64,000 bases of DNA from a bacterium (GTDB lineage Bacteria > UBA8248 > JACPRG01 > G963555815), in assembly GCA_965261595.1 (NCBI GenBank), contig CBDHDG010000004.1:320001-384000 (forward strand). Reading direction: 5' to 3'. The position numbers and the translations under genes are program-made. Below the pieces are notes generated by a model, which saw nothing but the letters and a program-made list of their open reading frames with translations, was not told the DNA's origin and made no database searches. Below, piece by piece: positions 18,535 through 30,433 of this stretch; position 1 is the first letter of the stretch; each line of letters opens with the position of its first letter.

Positions 18535-19582
18535 TCAAGCAAATACGTCCGTCAACGCCTCTTCATCCGCCGGGGGCGGACTGGAAAGCGCGAACTCGGC
18601 CGCTTCTTCCACCTCTTTCTCCACCCGGTCCCGTATGGCCGCCTCTTGCCCTGCGCTCAACGACCCCGCGTCCTTCAACAACTTCCTGAGCCGGTCAATC
18701 GGGTCCCGCTTCAGCCAGGCCTCCTTTTCCTCGGCGCTGCGGTATCGCTCATGATCGGCGGTGTAGTGGCCCTTGTGACGATAGGTTTTGCACTCGATGA
18801 GCGTCGGGCCTCCCCTTCCCCCCCCTCCCCCTCCCCTCCCCCTCCCCCTTTCGGGCGCGCGCCACGGCGGATTGGACGGTTTCATAAACGGCGACCGCGT
18901 CGTTTCCGTAGATGACCACGCCGGGCATGTCGTAAGCGGACGCGCGGGCGCCGATGTCCTGGACGGAGGTCGAGACCCCGACGGCGACGGACATGGCGTA
19001 GAGGTTGTTCTCACAGATGAAGATCTCCGGCAGCCGCCAGAGGCTGGCCATGTTGAGACACTCGTGAAACGTCCCCTGGTTCGCGGCGTCGTCGCCGAAG
19101 AATACGACGGTCACCTGGTCCGTCCCCTTGACCTTCGCGGCGAGTCCCCCGCCCAGCCCCAGGGGCAGCCCGCCGCCGACCAGGCTGATGGTCCCCAGCA
19201 TCCCCACTATCGATGCTCTGGACGTGGAGGGTTCCGCCCTTGCCCTTGTTGTAGCCCGTCCCCTTGCCCAGGAGCTCGGCCAGAAGCCGCTTCATCGTCC
19301 CGCCCTTGGCCAGGACGTGGCCGTGCCCCCGGTGGGTGCTGACGATGTAATCATCCGGACGCAGGCAGGCGCACGCACCGGCGGCGACGGCCTCTTGACC
19401 GATGTAGGGATGCAGGTTGCCGGGGATTTGCCGGGCGGCGTGCATCTCGAGGGATTTCTCCTCGCACCGGCGGATCCGGAGCATCTGCTCGTAGATGCCC
19501 AGAAGGAGCGCGGCGCTTTCGAGGGAGGTCCACTTGCGGCTCTTGCCCGGCGCCTTCGTGGGGGCCGCCCAAACACTTGCAT
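18535..19582 (-). pseudogene. 2-oxoacid/acetoin dehydrogenase E1 alpha subunit, several frameshifts
   Basis: LHPYIGQEAVA, STHRGHGH, FFGDDAANQGTFHECLN, ENNLYA, PTLIECKTYR..GH spread over three ORFs. Confidence 0.8.
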
Positions 19583-19940
19583 CCAGGGACCTCCTTTCTC
19601 TTGGCCCCTGGCACTCTACTCCCTACCCAAGGAGATGTCTCACATCTATCTGAACCTATACAGGGGACAACCCCGCCACAACCGAAGAGCGGCCATGGGC
19701 GGGTCTGTTACGATATCTCCGCGTTGCGGGCGCATCGATCGGCTTGAGCCGCTCCGCTCCGGCCGTCCGGCTGAATACATCGGGAAAAAGGCGATATGGA
19801 GTACAGGGACGAGATGGCTACGGGAAGGGCTATCGAAAACAGGCTTGAAGATTTTGAAGGTCAATAAAGGCAATGATCGCGATATTGCGAATTTCCATGA
19901 AACGCTTCAGGGCCGAGGTCTCATCCGGGCGCGACGGGTC

Positions 19941-21023
19941 TTACGCATCGGCCATGGCCGTATTTCTTCCGAGGGTCCTCAGAAATCGGAAATGGCCGGC
20001 GATGGCGGACCGCACTGTCGGGTAGCTGACGTAGGCAATTGAAAAGTCTCGACAGGTCTCTTTTACGATCTTGCTGATTTGCGGATAGTGCATATGACAG
20101 ATTTCCGGGAAGAGGTGGTGTTCAATTTGAAAATTCAACCCTCCCAGATACCAGGCGGCGAGCCTGTTTGACGGTGCGAAATTCGCCGTGGTTTCAACCT
20201 GATGAATGGCCCATTCGTTATCGATGCCGCCGGTGTCATGATCCGGGATGGGGAAGGTGTTCCCCTCCAGCGTATGCGCCAGTTGAAAGGTGACGGCGAA
20301 CGTCAGTCCCACCACCAAGTGAATCACCACAAATGCGATGAGCACGTGCAGAACCGGGTGAAAAAGAAGCGGTATCCCGATCATATAGACGAAGTAGAAG
20401 AACTTCGCCAGGAAAAACACCGCGCCTTCCGAGGCGGACATCTTGCGCAGTCGATAGGACCCGATGCGCCCGGAAAAGAATTTTTTGAAATCGCTATAAG
20501 TCACCCACGAGAGCGTCAGCAGGCTATAGACCGGAAAGGCATATAAGTGTTGAAACCGATGCCAAGGCCGCAGCTTCTGGTCGGGACTCATGCGGAGCAA
20601 GCCGGCGGATTTCAGGTCGTCGTCCAGCTCGTCGATGTTGGTGTACGTGTGATGCAGGATGTTGTGTTTCTGCCGCCACAGCATGTGGCTCCCCCCGATC
20701 AAATCCATTGTGAAACCCATCAGCCGATTGAGCCATTTGCTTTTTGAATAACTCCCGTGGTTGCTGTCGTGCATGATATTGAAACCCACGAGCACAACGA
20801 TCTGGGAGATGACAAACGCGGTGATGACGGCCATCAGGAGGGACGCGGAGAAAAATACCAACAGCACGTAGGAGATCGCCAGCGCAGCCAGAATGATCGC
20901 TGTCTTGAGAAGCATGCGCCAATTTCCGGTCTTGGAAAGGCCGCGTTCCGCAAAATACCGCTCCACACGTCCTTTCAGGGTCTTGTTGAACTCGCCGCGG
21001 ACAGGGAAGGATACCTTTCTCAT
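19941..21023 (-). CDS. Membrane fatty acid (acyl-CoA) desaturase
   Basis: His boxes HDSNH, HNILHH, QIEHHLFP; ATG 21023 (upstream GTG 21059 possible). Confidence 0.92.
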   Translation of the reverse strand: MRKVSFPVRGEFNKTLKGRVERYFAERGLSKTGNWRMLLKTAIILAALAISYVLLVFFSASLLMAVITAFVISQIVVLVGFNIMHDSNHGSYSKSKWLNRLMGFTMDLIGGSHMLWRQKHNILHHTYTNIDELDDDLKSAGLLRMSPDQKLRPWHRFQHLYAFPVYSLLTLSWVTYSDFKKFFSGRIGSYRLRKMSASEGAVFFLAKFFYFVYMIGIPLLFHPVLHVLIAFVVIHLVVGLTFAVTFQLAHTLEGNTFPIPDHDTGGIDNEWAIHQVETTANFAPSNRLAAWYLGGLNFQIEHHLFPEICHMHYPQISKIVKETCRDFSIAYVSYPTVRSAIAGHFRFLRTLGRNTAMADA

Positions 21024-21196
21024 GGTCAAGTTTTCCCCTTGCACGCGGAACGTTTCCACAAAGCCGCGCGGGTCATGGGCATCGGTTTGAGCGCCGAGCG
21101 CCGCACTCCGGTCTGGTCACCCTTACATCGTGTGTCGCATGGCCGCCGCGCGGTTTGTGAGGGCGATGTCCGGCGCGGCTCATCCCGGACAAACGC

Positions 21197-22450
21197 CTAT
21201 TGCGCCAGTCCCGCCGTCCGGCGCGTGCGAGCGCCTCGAAATCGCCGGCGGCGGCTCGAGGCGGACGGAGCGGACGGAGTGGTCACCGCGGTCGGCGCCG
21301 GCTTCGGGCCGCTTCCGAGCCTCGGGCTGTCCACCACAGAGATCGGGCGCTTCGTCAGCCTCTCGATGTTGCGAATATGGGCCCGCTCGGCCGGGTCGCA
21401 GAAGGAGAGCGCAATGCCCTCAACACCTGCACGCGCCGTCCGGCCCACCCGGTGGACGTAGCTCTCCGGGACGTTCGGCACCTCGTAGTTGATGACGTGC
21501 GTCACATTGGCGACATCGATCCCCCGCGCGGCGACGTCGGTCGCGACGAGGACCCGCGCGTGGCCCGTTCGAAATCTCAGGAGGGCGCGCTGGCGGGCGC
21601 CCTGGGACTTGTTGCCATGGAGCGCTTCGGCCGAAACGCCCGTCTTGCTGAGCTGCTCGGCGACCCGGTTGGCCCCGCGCTTCGTGCGCGTAAAGACGAT
21701 GACCCGGGCCAGTTCCGGGTCCATCAGCAACTTGGCCAGAAGGGCGCGCTTCTTCGTGTGGTCCACGTAGAAGACACGTTGGTCGACCTGATCGACCGTG
21801 ACGGCTTCCGGAGACGCATTGACGCGGACGGGTTTGCGGAGGATTTCTGCGGCCAGCCGCGAAACCTCCGGGGGCATCGTCGCCGAAAAGAGCATCGACT
21901 GGCGCCGCTCCGGCAGGGCCGCGATGATCTTCCGCACGTCCGGGATGAAACCCATGTCCAGCATGCGATCGGCTTCGTCCAGGACGAGAAAGGACGCCTT
22001 TTCCAGCCGGACATGGCCCTGATGGACGAGATCGAGCAGGCGCCCCGGGGTGGCGACCAGAATATCAACGCCGCGGGCCAGCGCGTTGACCTGAGGCTGC
22101 TGGCCGACGCCTCCCAAGATGACGGTGTGGCGAAGCGGGAGATGCCGCCCATAGGTCTTGAGGCTGTCCCCGATCTGGAGCGCGAGCTCGCGCGTCGGCG
22201 CCAGGATGAGGGCGTGCGGCGAGCGCGGACGGGCGCGCCCGCCCTTCTCGGAGAGCTGTTGCAGGATAGGCAGCGCGAAGGCCGCGGTCTTGCCGGTGCC
22301 GGTCTGGGCGATGCCGATCACGTCTTTCTCGGCGAGGAGCAGCGGGATGGTGCGCGCCTGAATCGGCGTGGGCTCGATGTAGCGCTCGTCATGCAGGGCG
22401 CGCCGAAGCGGCTCGGCCAGGCCGAGATCGGAAAAAGAAGGGTTTGTCAC
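21197..22450 (-). CDS. rhlE: DEAD-box RNA helicase (RhlE-like)
   Basis: Q motif [51 protein letters not shown]; likely GTG at 22450. Confidence 0.93.
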   Translation of the reverse strand: MTNPSFSDLGLAEPLRRALHDERYIEPTPIQARTIPLLLAEKDVIGIAQTGTGKTAAFALPILQQLSEKGGRARPRSPHALILAPTRELALQIGDSLKTYGRHLPLRHTVILGGVGQQPQVNALARGVDILVATPGRLLDLVHQGHVRLEKASFLVLDEADRMLDMGFIPDVRKIIAALPERRQSMLFSATMPPEVSRLAAEILRKPVRVNASPEAVTVDQVDQRVFYVDHTKKRALLAKLLMDPELARVIVFTRTKRGANRVAEQLSKTGVSAEALHGNKSQGARQRALLRFRTGHARVLVATDVAARGIDVANVTHVINYEVPNVPESYVHRVGRTARAGVEGIALSFCDPAERAHIRNIERLTKRPISVVDSPRLGSGPKPAPTAVTTPSAPSASSRRRRFRGARTRRTAGLAQ

Positions 22451-22857
22451 GAAAATGGGTGTCCTTTTGCGCCAGGCGGCGCTCACCCGATGAGGGCGCG
22501 CGGACGCGTCTTGGCGTTTCGCCTCTTTCCACGCGCATTCTGGAGAAGACGGGGTTTTCTGGGAATTGTCTCGGGATGAGTGCATTTCCGATTGGCTGGG
22601 AGCACATCGCGCGATCGCGAGAAATATTTTTCCATATATGCGCTCCCGTTTCACGGATGTCAAACTTTGCGTGACCCTCTCCCCTGAACCCGCGTCCACA
22701 CTCGGCAAAAACCCGATACGCCCCTGGAACGTCGCCCATACGACAACCCGTGAAATCTTGAATCCCACCGAGTCGTGATCCGGATCATTCAAAACCCGAC
22801 CCACTGTCCACGACTTGAGTTCAAACCATGGTCCGGACCCGACCCCACTATAAAACC

Positions 22858-24445
22858 CTACCAGTCCTCATAAAATCCGTAGCCTTCGAGGAACTTCGGC
22901 TTCGGCCACCAGCGCTTGAGCTTCAGGTCCTCGGCGATGACGTTGACGGCGTTATACCCCGGGGCGAAGGTGATGGATCCGCCGGGATGACAGCACGAGC
23001 CCGTCATGTAGAGGCCCTCGATGGGCGTCCGGTAGGGCTGACGACCGATGCCGACCTGTCCGCCCGAGTAGGTGCCCATATGGTCATCGCCCCGCACCAT
23101 GTTGATGATCGCCCGGGCGTTATCCAGAGGCGTATAGCTGTAACGGTGGACAACGTTTTCCCTCGTCATGTTCGGGGCGTACTCGGCCCAGCGGTCCAGA
23201 ATCCGGTCGAAGTAGGACTCCTTGATCTCATTCCAGTATTCCGGATCGCGGCCATCGACCTCATACGGAACGAACTGCCAGAATCCGGCGGTGTGAAAGC
23301 CGCCCGGCCCCTGGCTGCGGTCGAAGAGCGTGGGCACCCAGGCCTCGCCGCCCGGCTTCGAAGGGACCCGGCCCGCTTCGATCTCGCGGAAATGCTCCAA
23401 CATCTCCTCGGGGACGTCGTAGCCCAAGGTCTGGTGGAAGCACTCGTTCATGTCGGGATATTTCTCCGCCACCTTGTAGCGCGGCGGCTCCCGCAGGACC
23501 ATGTGGGCGCCGAAGAGCGCGGACTCGTTCATCCGCCAACCCTTGACCCGCTCCACTTCCTCTTTGGGCAGATGCTCCTCGCCGACCATCTGCAGGAACG
23601 TCCGGCCCGGGTCGACGTTGCTGACGACGGCCTTCCTCGCCCGGTATTCCGCGCCGTCCTCCAGCCGCACGCCCACGGCGCGGCCCTGTTCGACCAGGAT
23701 CCGCTCCACGGAGGACTGCTGGCGGATCTGTCCCCCGTACGCCGTCAAGAAGTTCAGAAGGGCCTTTGCGATCATGTTGCTGCCGCCCCGGGCCAAGCCG
23801 TAGCGGCCCAGGCGCAGCAACATGCGCAGGGTGCCGAAGCCGGTGGCCGGCAGGGCCTCGCGCATGCGCACCGCGCTGGTGCTGAAGAAAAGGCGTCCGG
23901 ACGGTGTCGTCCTCGAAGAGCGTCTCGGTCACTTCGGTCGGGCTCATTTGGGCCAGGTCGAAGAACTCCGTCCCCAGCGCGCCGAACCGCCGCTCCAGGC
24001 GGTCCCGCCACTCCGCCGTCGGCAAGGGCGGGGCGTAGTGGTAGGCCCGCATCACCTCGTAATAGCGCTCCATCTCTACGAGCGTCCGGGCGTCTTTTTC
24101 CGAAAACTTGGAGAGGGAGCGGTAGGTGTCCTCGCGGTCCGAGTAGATCAGAAGGCAGCGGCCGTCCCGGAGCGGGATGCCGAAGTTCTTGTGGGGCACG
24201 ATGTAGGATGCGCCGTACTTGTCGAGCTCGAAGTCCTGGTAGGCGGGCGTCTCGGGACCGAAGATGTGGAAGACGGAGTGCAGGTTGAAGTAGTAGCCGG
24301 GGAAGATTTGCTCGGTCGAGAGACCGCCTCCTTCCTCCAGGCGACGCTCCAGAACCAGGACCGACTGGCCGGCCTTGGAGAGGTAGTTGGCGACTGTCAG
24401 TCCATTGTTACCCGAACCGATGACGATGACGTCGAACGTTTCCAT
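22858..24445 (-). CDS. Phytoene desaturase-family NAD(P)/FAD oxidoreductase, frameshift near 23890
   Basis: [24 protein letters not shown]; second part [29 protein letters not shown]. Confidence 0.85.
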
Positions 24446-24600
24446 GGGTGTCCTTTGCATTCGTCGGCGCCGGCCGCGTCCAAGCCGGTGCCCGGAAATC
24501 CCGCCGGCTTTTTCAAGCCCCGCTCATCCGGCGAGGTCCGCATCGATCAGCCGCTCGATTCGACCCTCGGCAAGTGTTTCAACCGATTCCAAGAGGGCAT

Positions 24601-25383
24601 TCAAGATTCGGCGCTTGCCCCCGCTTGCTCCCTGGCGGAAAAGATCAGCCCCTTGATCTCGGTTACGTGATCCCGGAATTGGGGCGAGAACTCCATCTCC
24701 GCGTCTCGCGGACGGGGGAGCCCGACATCGATGACCTTGGCGATTCGTCCGGGGCGCGGCGTGAACACCACCACCCGGTCCGCCAAAAGGACGGCCTCGG
24801 GGATGCTGTGGGTGACGAAGAGGATGGTCTTCTTCCGCTCCTGCCAGATGCGGAGGAGCTCGAACCCCATGTCCTCCCGTGTCATGGCGTCCAGAGCGCC
24901 GAAGGGCTCGTCCATGAGCATGAGGAGGGGGTCGTAAATCAGCGCGCGGCAGATGGAAACCCGCTGTTGCATGCCGCCGGACAGTTGCCGCGGCTTGTGC
25001 TTGTCGAACCCCCTCAGGCCGGTCAGCTCGATCAGGTCTTCCGCCACCCGCCGGTAATCCTTGTCGACGAGCTTCAAGATCTCGACCGGGTAGAGGATGT
25101 TCTCCATCACTGTCCGCCACGGCATCAGGATCGGCGCCTGAAAGACCATCCCGACATCGCGGTAGGGGCCGGTGACCTTTTCCTCCCGGATGAAGATCTC
25201 CCCCGTGCTCAGTGGCAAAAGACCGACCAGCAGCTTCAACAGCGTGCTCTTGCCGCAGCCGCTGGGACCGACAATGGTGACGAACTCCTTCTCTCCGACC
25301 TCCAGGTTGATATCCTGAAGGGCCGTCACGGGCTCGCTGTCCTTCACCTCGAAGGTCTTGCCTACGTCCCGGATGCAAATCAC
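24601..25383 (-). CDS. ABC transporter ATP-binding protein (TauB/SsuB type)
   Basis: GPSGCGKST, LSGGMQQR, LMDEPFGALDA, VTH. Confidence 0.93.
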   Translation of the reverse strand: MICIRDVGKTFEVKDSEPVTALQDINLEVGEKEFVTIVGPSGCGKSTLLKLLVGLLPLSTGEIFIREEKVTGPYRDVGMVFQAPILMPWRTVMENILYPVEILKLVDKDYRRVAEDLIELTGLRGFDKHKPRQLSGGMQQRVSICRALIYDPLLMLMDEPFGALDAMTREDMGFELLRIWQERKKTILFVTHSIPEAVLLADRVVVFTPRPGRIAKVIDVGLPRPRDAEMEFSPQFRDHVTEIKGLIFSAREQAGASAES

Positions 25384-25405
25384 GCCGACACCCCCGGTTT
25401 CAATC

Positions 25406-26185
25406 TCAAAGCTGCGGCCCCGCCTCTTCTTCCAGGTACCAGGGGGACAGAAGACGCTCGATCCCGGCGACGAGGCCGAAAAGGCCCACACCCATGATGG
25501 AGAGGATCACAATGGCGCCGAACCCCAGGGAGGTGTTCATCCGGGCGCTGGCCGTGAGGATCAAAAATCCCAGGCCCGAGTCCGACCCGACGAATTCCCC
25601 GATGACCGCGCCGATGACCGAGAAGGCGATGGCGATCTTCACCCCCGCGAAGAAGTGGGGCATGGCCATGGGAAACCGGACCTTGACCAGGACTTGCCAC
25701 CAACTGGCGCGCAGGATGCGGGACATCTCCAGCATTTCGGGGGGAATCAGCGTCAGGCCCGTCGTCATGTTCACCACCATCGGGAAAAAGGCCACCAGGA
25801 AAGCGACCGTGATGATCGGCCAGACGTTGATGCCGAGCCACACCAGGAGGATCGGGGCGAGCGCCACCTTGGGGACCGATTGGGTCACCACAAGCAGGGG
25901 ATAAATGGTGTTCTTGAGAAAGGTCGATGAGATGATGGCGACAGCCAGAAAGACCCCCAGGACGACCGCCGCAACAAAGCCCAGGGCCGTCTCATAAAAA
26001 GTCACCCAGATGTGCTTGGGCAGAACGGCCCACCACTCCCCCAGTTCCCCGTAAATCTTTGAGGGGGCGGGCAACAGCCAAATCGGCAGGGCAAAGATCC
26101 GGACAGCCAGTTCCCAGATCACGAAAATCGCCAACAGCGTCAGCGTCGGCCCGAGATACTTCTGGGCGAAACTCCGCATCTTCAA
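25406..26185 (-). CDS. ABC transporter permease (TauC/SsuC type)
   Basis: LLPAPS, PKVALAP, FFPMVVN, VIGEFV..GLG; hydrophobic segments. Confidence 0.93.
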   Translation of the reverse strand: MKMRSFAQKYLGPTLTLLAIFVIWELAVRIFALPIWLLPAPSKIYGELGEWWAVLPKHIWVTFYETALGFVAAVVLGVFLAVAIISSTFLKNTIYPLLVVTQSVPKVALAPILLVWLGINVWPIITVAFLVAFFPMVVNMTTGLTLIPPEMLEMSRILRASWWQVLVKVRFPMAMPHFFAGVKIAIAFSVIGAVIGEFVGSDSGLGFLILTASARMNTSLGFGAIVILSIMGVGLFGLVAGIERLLSPWYLEEEAGPQL

Positions 26186-26292
26186 TTTGGAAACCCCGCC
26201 CCCCGCACCGATCCCCCGAATCCGGGTCGACCGAATGCCAAGAATCGGGGCGGGCCGGAAACGGCCCGCCCCCTCATGCCTTCAACCGCGGA

Positions 26293-27306
26293 TCAATTCG
26301 GAATCATGATTCCCGGATTGAACGCGTTCGTGTAAACGTCCTTCGGCTTGACCGGCGCCGTGAGGTTCAAGTATTTCCGCATGGTCTGAATGGTCTGGGC
26401 AACCTTTTCGCGGCTCATATAGCCCATGCCATTCTTAAGGGCCTCGGGGGAGGACATCATATCTTTCACCAGGGCCCACTCTCCAAGACCCGCGCCGCGG
26501 TCCACCTGGGGGTTCAGTTTCCGGTGGATATCGATGGCTTCTTCGGGGTGTTTGAAGGCGTACTCCATTCCCTGGAAGGTCGCCTTGAGGAAGCGCCGGA
26601 CCTGGTCCGGTTTGCCGGTGATGGTCTTATCGGACGCCAACAGGCTGTTGGAATAGAACTTCATCCCGCCGTCGGAATACAGGAAGTACTTGACTTTCAG
26701 CCCCTTGGTCGCCCCGAGCTTGTTGAGGAGAACGGTGTTGAAGATGTACTCCGTCATCGCATCCACCCGCTTGCTCAGAAGCAACTGGTTGAGGGTGTCG
26801 CCCTTCACCAGCTTTTTCTTGACCTTCCCCGCAATCCCGGCCGCTTTTTCGAAACCGAGGAACATTTTCGTCGTCGAGGCCCCCGCCGCCTGGGCCAGTG
26901 TTTTGCCGGCGAGGTCAGCGGGCTTGTTGATGCCTCTGCCCGCAAGATAATGAACGGCGTGGGGCGTCTTGGCGTAGACCACCCCGATGGCCTTGACGGG
27001 CACCTTGTCATTGCCCCGGGCGAGGACCAGCGCGCCCATGTCGGCGAGGGTATAGTCCGATCGGCCCTGGGCTATGAGGGCGACCGCCTTGACGGAGCCG
27101 AAACCTCGCTTGACGATGGCGTCGATCCCGTTCTGCTTGTAGAACCCCTTGCCGAGAGCCGTATAATATCCCGTGTGCCTGCCGAAAACGACCCAGTCCA
27201 GGTTGAACCGCACCTTCTCCGCCGACAGGCCTTCCGTGCTCAGACCCAGAAGGAGGAGCAAGGCAATCCCCCCCCAAAACCCCGAAAGAAGTCTGCTCCG
27301 CTTCAT
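26293..27306 (-). CDS. ABC substrate-binding protein, NMT1/THI5-like
   Basis: Signal peptide MKRSRLL..LSA, FNLDW..G.H, GFYK..GID, FYSN, VYTNAF. Confidence 0.9.
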   Translation of the reverse strand: MKRSRLLSGFWGGIALLLLLGLSTEGLSAEKVRFNLDWVVFGRHTGYYTALGKGFYKQNGIDAIVKRGFGSVKAVALIAQGRSDYTLADMGALVLARGNDKVPVKAIGVVYAKTPHAVHYLAGRGINKPADLAGKTLAQAAGASTTKMFLGFEKAAGIAGKVKKKLVKGDTLNQLLLSKRVDAMTEYIFNTVLLNKLGATKGLKVKYFLYSDGGMKFYSNSLLASDKTITGKPDQVRRFLKATFQGMEYAFKHPEEAIDIHRKLNPQVDRGAGLGEWALVKDMMSSPEALKNGMGYMSREKVAQTIQTMRKYLNLTAPVKPKDVYTNAFNPGIMIPN

Positions 27307-27989
27307 CACGCGCTTCCTCCATAACTGAAATCCAACATGGCGACTTGTTCGGCGCCGCGATTTGCGACCCCGCAAACAAGACGCCCCCACCCCCCCATCT
27401 CACGTCCGACGGCTCTCTTGAGCTCGGGACCGGGCCGGGCGGATCGCCCTGGAAACTGAAACCCGATTTTCCGCAACCCCGCGCTCTCGTCCCCACACGC
27501 ATCCTCCCGCATCTCCCCCCGAAATTTTCCATTTCAACTTCGGACAGACCCATACCGACCACTCGTTGCTATTTAGCCCGATTAGACCCCTTTCTGCCGG
27601 ACCTGTCAATCCCATCGCGGGCTCCTGGAACCCGAATTCAACCGGAGTCCGTCATGGGAAAACCATGCCGCGCCGGCGTGTCAACGAGCTTGACCACCAG
27701 GGTTTGGAGCGTTCGTCCCGCCCAATTTCGCGATTGAAATGATTACAGAATCCCAAGGCTCCGGCAAGATGATCTTCATCACCACGCACCGCCTGGGAGA
27801 AATGGACGAAGAAATCGGCAAGAACTATAATTCGTCACGCATCACGTGGAAACACTCCGCGACGCCGGGTTTATCATCAACCTGAAAGTCAGGCGCGAAT
27901 AATCCCGAGAGGACGAGAATGCCGCTGAAAACGGATGAAAAACGATTTCTTAGGGGGACCCTCATCAAGACGGACGGTCCCCTATCCGG

Positions 27990-28916
27990 GTGAAAATGAC
28001 TGAATCGATCCGCCCTACATTCCCCGAGTCGCCGTTTTCCGTCCAGGCGCTCAATGGCAGGACGCTTGTCGCCGCCGAGCCGGGAGGCGGCTCGAACGCC
28101 GGGATCTTCCTCGGCGAAAAAGGGCCGGTCATCATCGATTCCTTGCTCTCGCCGCCTTTGGGCGAGGCCCTCCGGCAATCGGTCTCAGGACTGACCCCGC
28201 TCCCGCCGCGCGCCCTGCCCTACACCCATCACCACGGCGACCGCACGTTCGGCGCCCAGGCGTTCGAATGCCCGGTCATCGCGCACGAAGGGGCCGCCGA
28301 CGCCATGCGGTCCCGGGCCTCCGGCTTGAGCCGCTCTCGGCTTTTGGATCTCTTTTACGGCGAGCACTTCGCCCGGGCCATCGGGGCGGGCCGGCCCGAC
28401 ACCGCCGCCCTCGAAAGCCGCTTCAACCGCCTGGACCTGACCCGCCTTGTGGTGACGCTGCCTACGCTCACGTTCTCCGATCGTATGGCGCTGCATGATC
28501 CCGCGGGCGTTATCCAGCTTATCTCCCTGGGGCGCGCCCATTCCGCCGGGGACGCGGCCGTTTTCCTGCCCGAGGATGGAATCCTCTTCACCGGCGATCT
28601 GGCCTTCAACGGGCGGATGCCCTTCATGGCGGAGCCGATCGGACCGGCGGTTTTCAAGGCCCTGGACCGGATGGAGGGGCTGCGTCCGAAAATTGTCGTT
28701 CCGGGTCACGGCCCGCCGGGGGGGCCGGAGATCCTTCGATCGATGCGGGAGTTCTTCGGCGATCTCCGGGACGCGGTCGAAACCCTCCGGGCGCAAGGCA
28801 AATCGCTGGATGAGGTCAAGGCCGAGATCGTCCTGCCCCAATACGCCGATTGGCCCCGGTACGACAGGGCGCTCCCCCTCAACGCCGAGATGGCCTACCT
28901 GGGGCTGGATTCCTGA
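27990..28916 (+). CDS. MBL-fold metallo-hydrolase (cyclase-like)
   Basis: SNAG, THHHGDR, AHSAGD, FTGDL, VPGHG. Confidence 0.85.
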   Translation: MKMTESIRPTFPESPFSVQALNGRTLVAAEPGGGSNAGIFLGEKGPVIIDSLLSPPLGEALRQSVSGLTPLPPRALPYTHHHGDRTFGAQAFECPVIAHEGAADAMRSRASGLSRSRLLDLFYGEHFARAIGAGRPDTAALESRFNRLDLTRLVVTLPTLTFSDRMALHDPAGVIQLISLGRAHSAGDAAVFLPEDGILFTGDLAFNGRMPFMAEPIGPAVFKALDRMEGLRPKIVVPGHGPPGGPEILRSMREFFGDLRDAVETLRAQGKSLDEVKAEIVLPQYADWPRYDRALPLNAEMAYLGLDS

Positions 28917-29055
28917 ACCCGGGGTCCGGTGGAAAGGGACATGAGAAAACCGGGTGGTTCCGCCCGCCCGATTTTGGTCCTACAATGTCATTCTGATTTC
29001 GTCACCCGAATCCTGAATCCAACGCAATGCCGCAATTCGAAGAAGGGAATGCGCC

Positions 29056-30193
29056 ATGATCACCAAGGAGGCCAGCCTTTCGCCGCAAGAGCGCGACCGG
29101 CGGCATCGCGCCCTGCGCGAGGCGATGGCCGGGGCCGGCTACGATGTCCTGCTCTTCGCCTCGCTGGGGCATGACAACCAGCGCGGCCCGGTCCGTTACG
29201 TCTCGAATTGGCGGAGCCCCACGTTCTCCGACTACGCCCTCCTGCCGCTCGAGGGGGAGATGACCCTTTGCACGCATTACCCGAAATACGTCGACCTCGC
29301 CCGGGGGCGTTGCGGCGTCGAGAAGGCGGTGGCCACCCCCTACGGCCAGGAGGATTCGGCCGTCATCGTGAAGCTACTGGCCGACTGGGGGGCGAAGCGT
29401 CTGGGTCTCGTCAGTCCGGCGACGATGTCGGCCGCGTTCCACCAGTCCCTCCTCGCGGCCCTCCCCTCCGGCGTGGAGACGGCGGACGCCACCGAATCTG
29501 TTCGAAGCGGTCCGGTGCATCAAGAGCGACGAGGAGTTCGGGCTGATTGGAGAGGCCGTCCGGCTCGGCGACCTCGCTTTCGAGACCTTCTGCGAAGCCG
29601 TCGCGCCCGGGCGCAAGGAGTACGAAGTCCTGGCGGACGTCGAGCACGTCCTCCGCCTCGAAGGGGCCGAGGAGGTCTTTTTCATCGTCGGCTCGGGCGA
29701 GCGACCCGTCAACCGCTTCTGGGACATGGCCGACCGGACGCTTGAAAAGGGCGACGCGGTCATCTTCTGCATCGAGCACTGCGCCTCGGGCGGGTACTGG
29801 AGCCAATTCATCCGGACCGTCACCCTCGGACCTGCCAGGGAGGAAGTCCTGCGGACGTACGAGGTCCTGCACCGTGCGCTTCAGCGGGCCGAGGAGACGC
29901 TGAAGCCGGGCGTACTGGCCCGCGACGTCGCCCGGGCCGTCACAGAGACCGTCGCCGCCGCCGGGCTGAAAGAGGGGAACCATCCGGGCCACGGCCAGGG
30001 ACTCGACATCGTGGAGGCGCCCTTCCTCGGTCCGACGAACGAGACCCCGCTGGCGGCGGGGATGCACATGATCCTTCATCCCCATACGGCGTTTCCGGAG
30101 GGCGGAGGCCTTTGGGTGGGCGACCCGTACCGGGTGACGCCCTCCGGGGCCGAGCGCCTGAGCGTCTCGCCCCAGGATTTGCGCGAGATCTAG
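29056..30193 (+). CDS. M24 family (creatinase/ectoine-hydrolase-like) protein, +1 frameshift near 29496
   Basis: N part ERDRR..LREAM; continues LFEAVRCIKSDEE, GYWSQFIRT, GHGQGLD, ILHP in the 29726-30193 frame. Confidence 0.82.
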
Positions 30194-30433
30194 CGTCGTG
30201 TCTCAGAAATAACCTAACGAATTCTGAAGCTCCTCAGAGAGCGTGCCACTGGCGGCTTGCCCGCCAGTGCCTCATTATTTTTCGCGAAAGCCAAAGGGCA
30301 TCCCGCCGTCGGAAACTCCGTGCCCCCATCTCATTGCGGGGTTGCTCCATGGCGGCACTGGCAGACAAGCTGCCAGTGGCGTCCTCGCTTGGAAGAGGCA
30401 AAACAGACGTCACGTATTTGTGGGACACGACAC
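30193..30433. mobile_element. MITE-like element containing an inverted pair of REP-like hairpins
   Basis: 16/19 terminal IRs (gcgtcgtgtctcagaaata / tatttgtgggacacgacac) with CTAG/CCAG at the ends; internal palindromes 30245-30271 and 30354-30380. Confidence 0.6.

Noticed and set aside
27760..27905. Possible small ORF or gene remnant between the SBP and MBL genes
   Set aside because: No recognisable motif or consistent frame.
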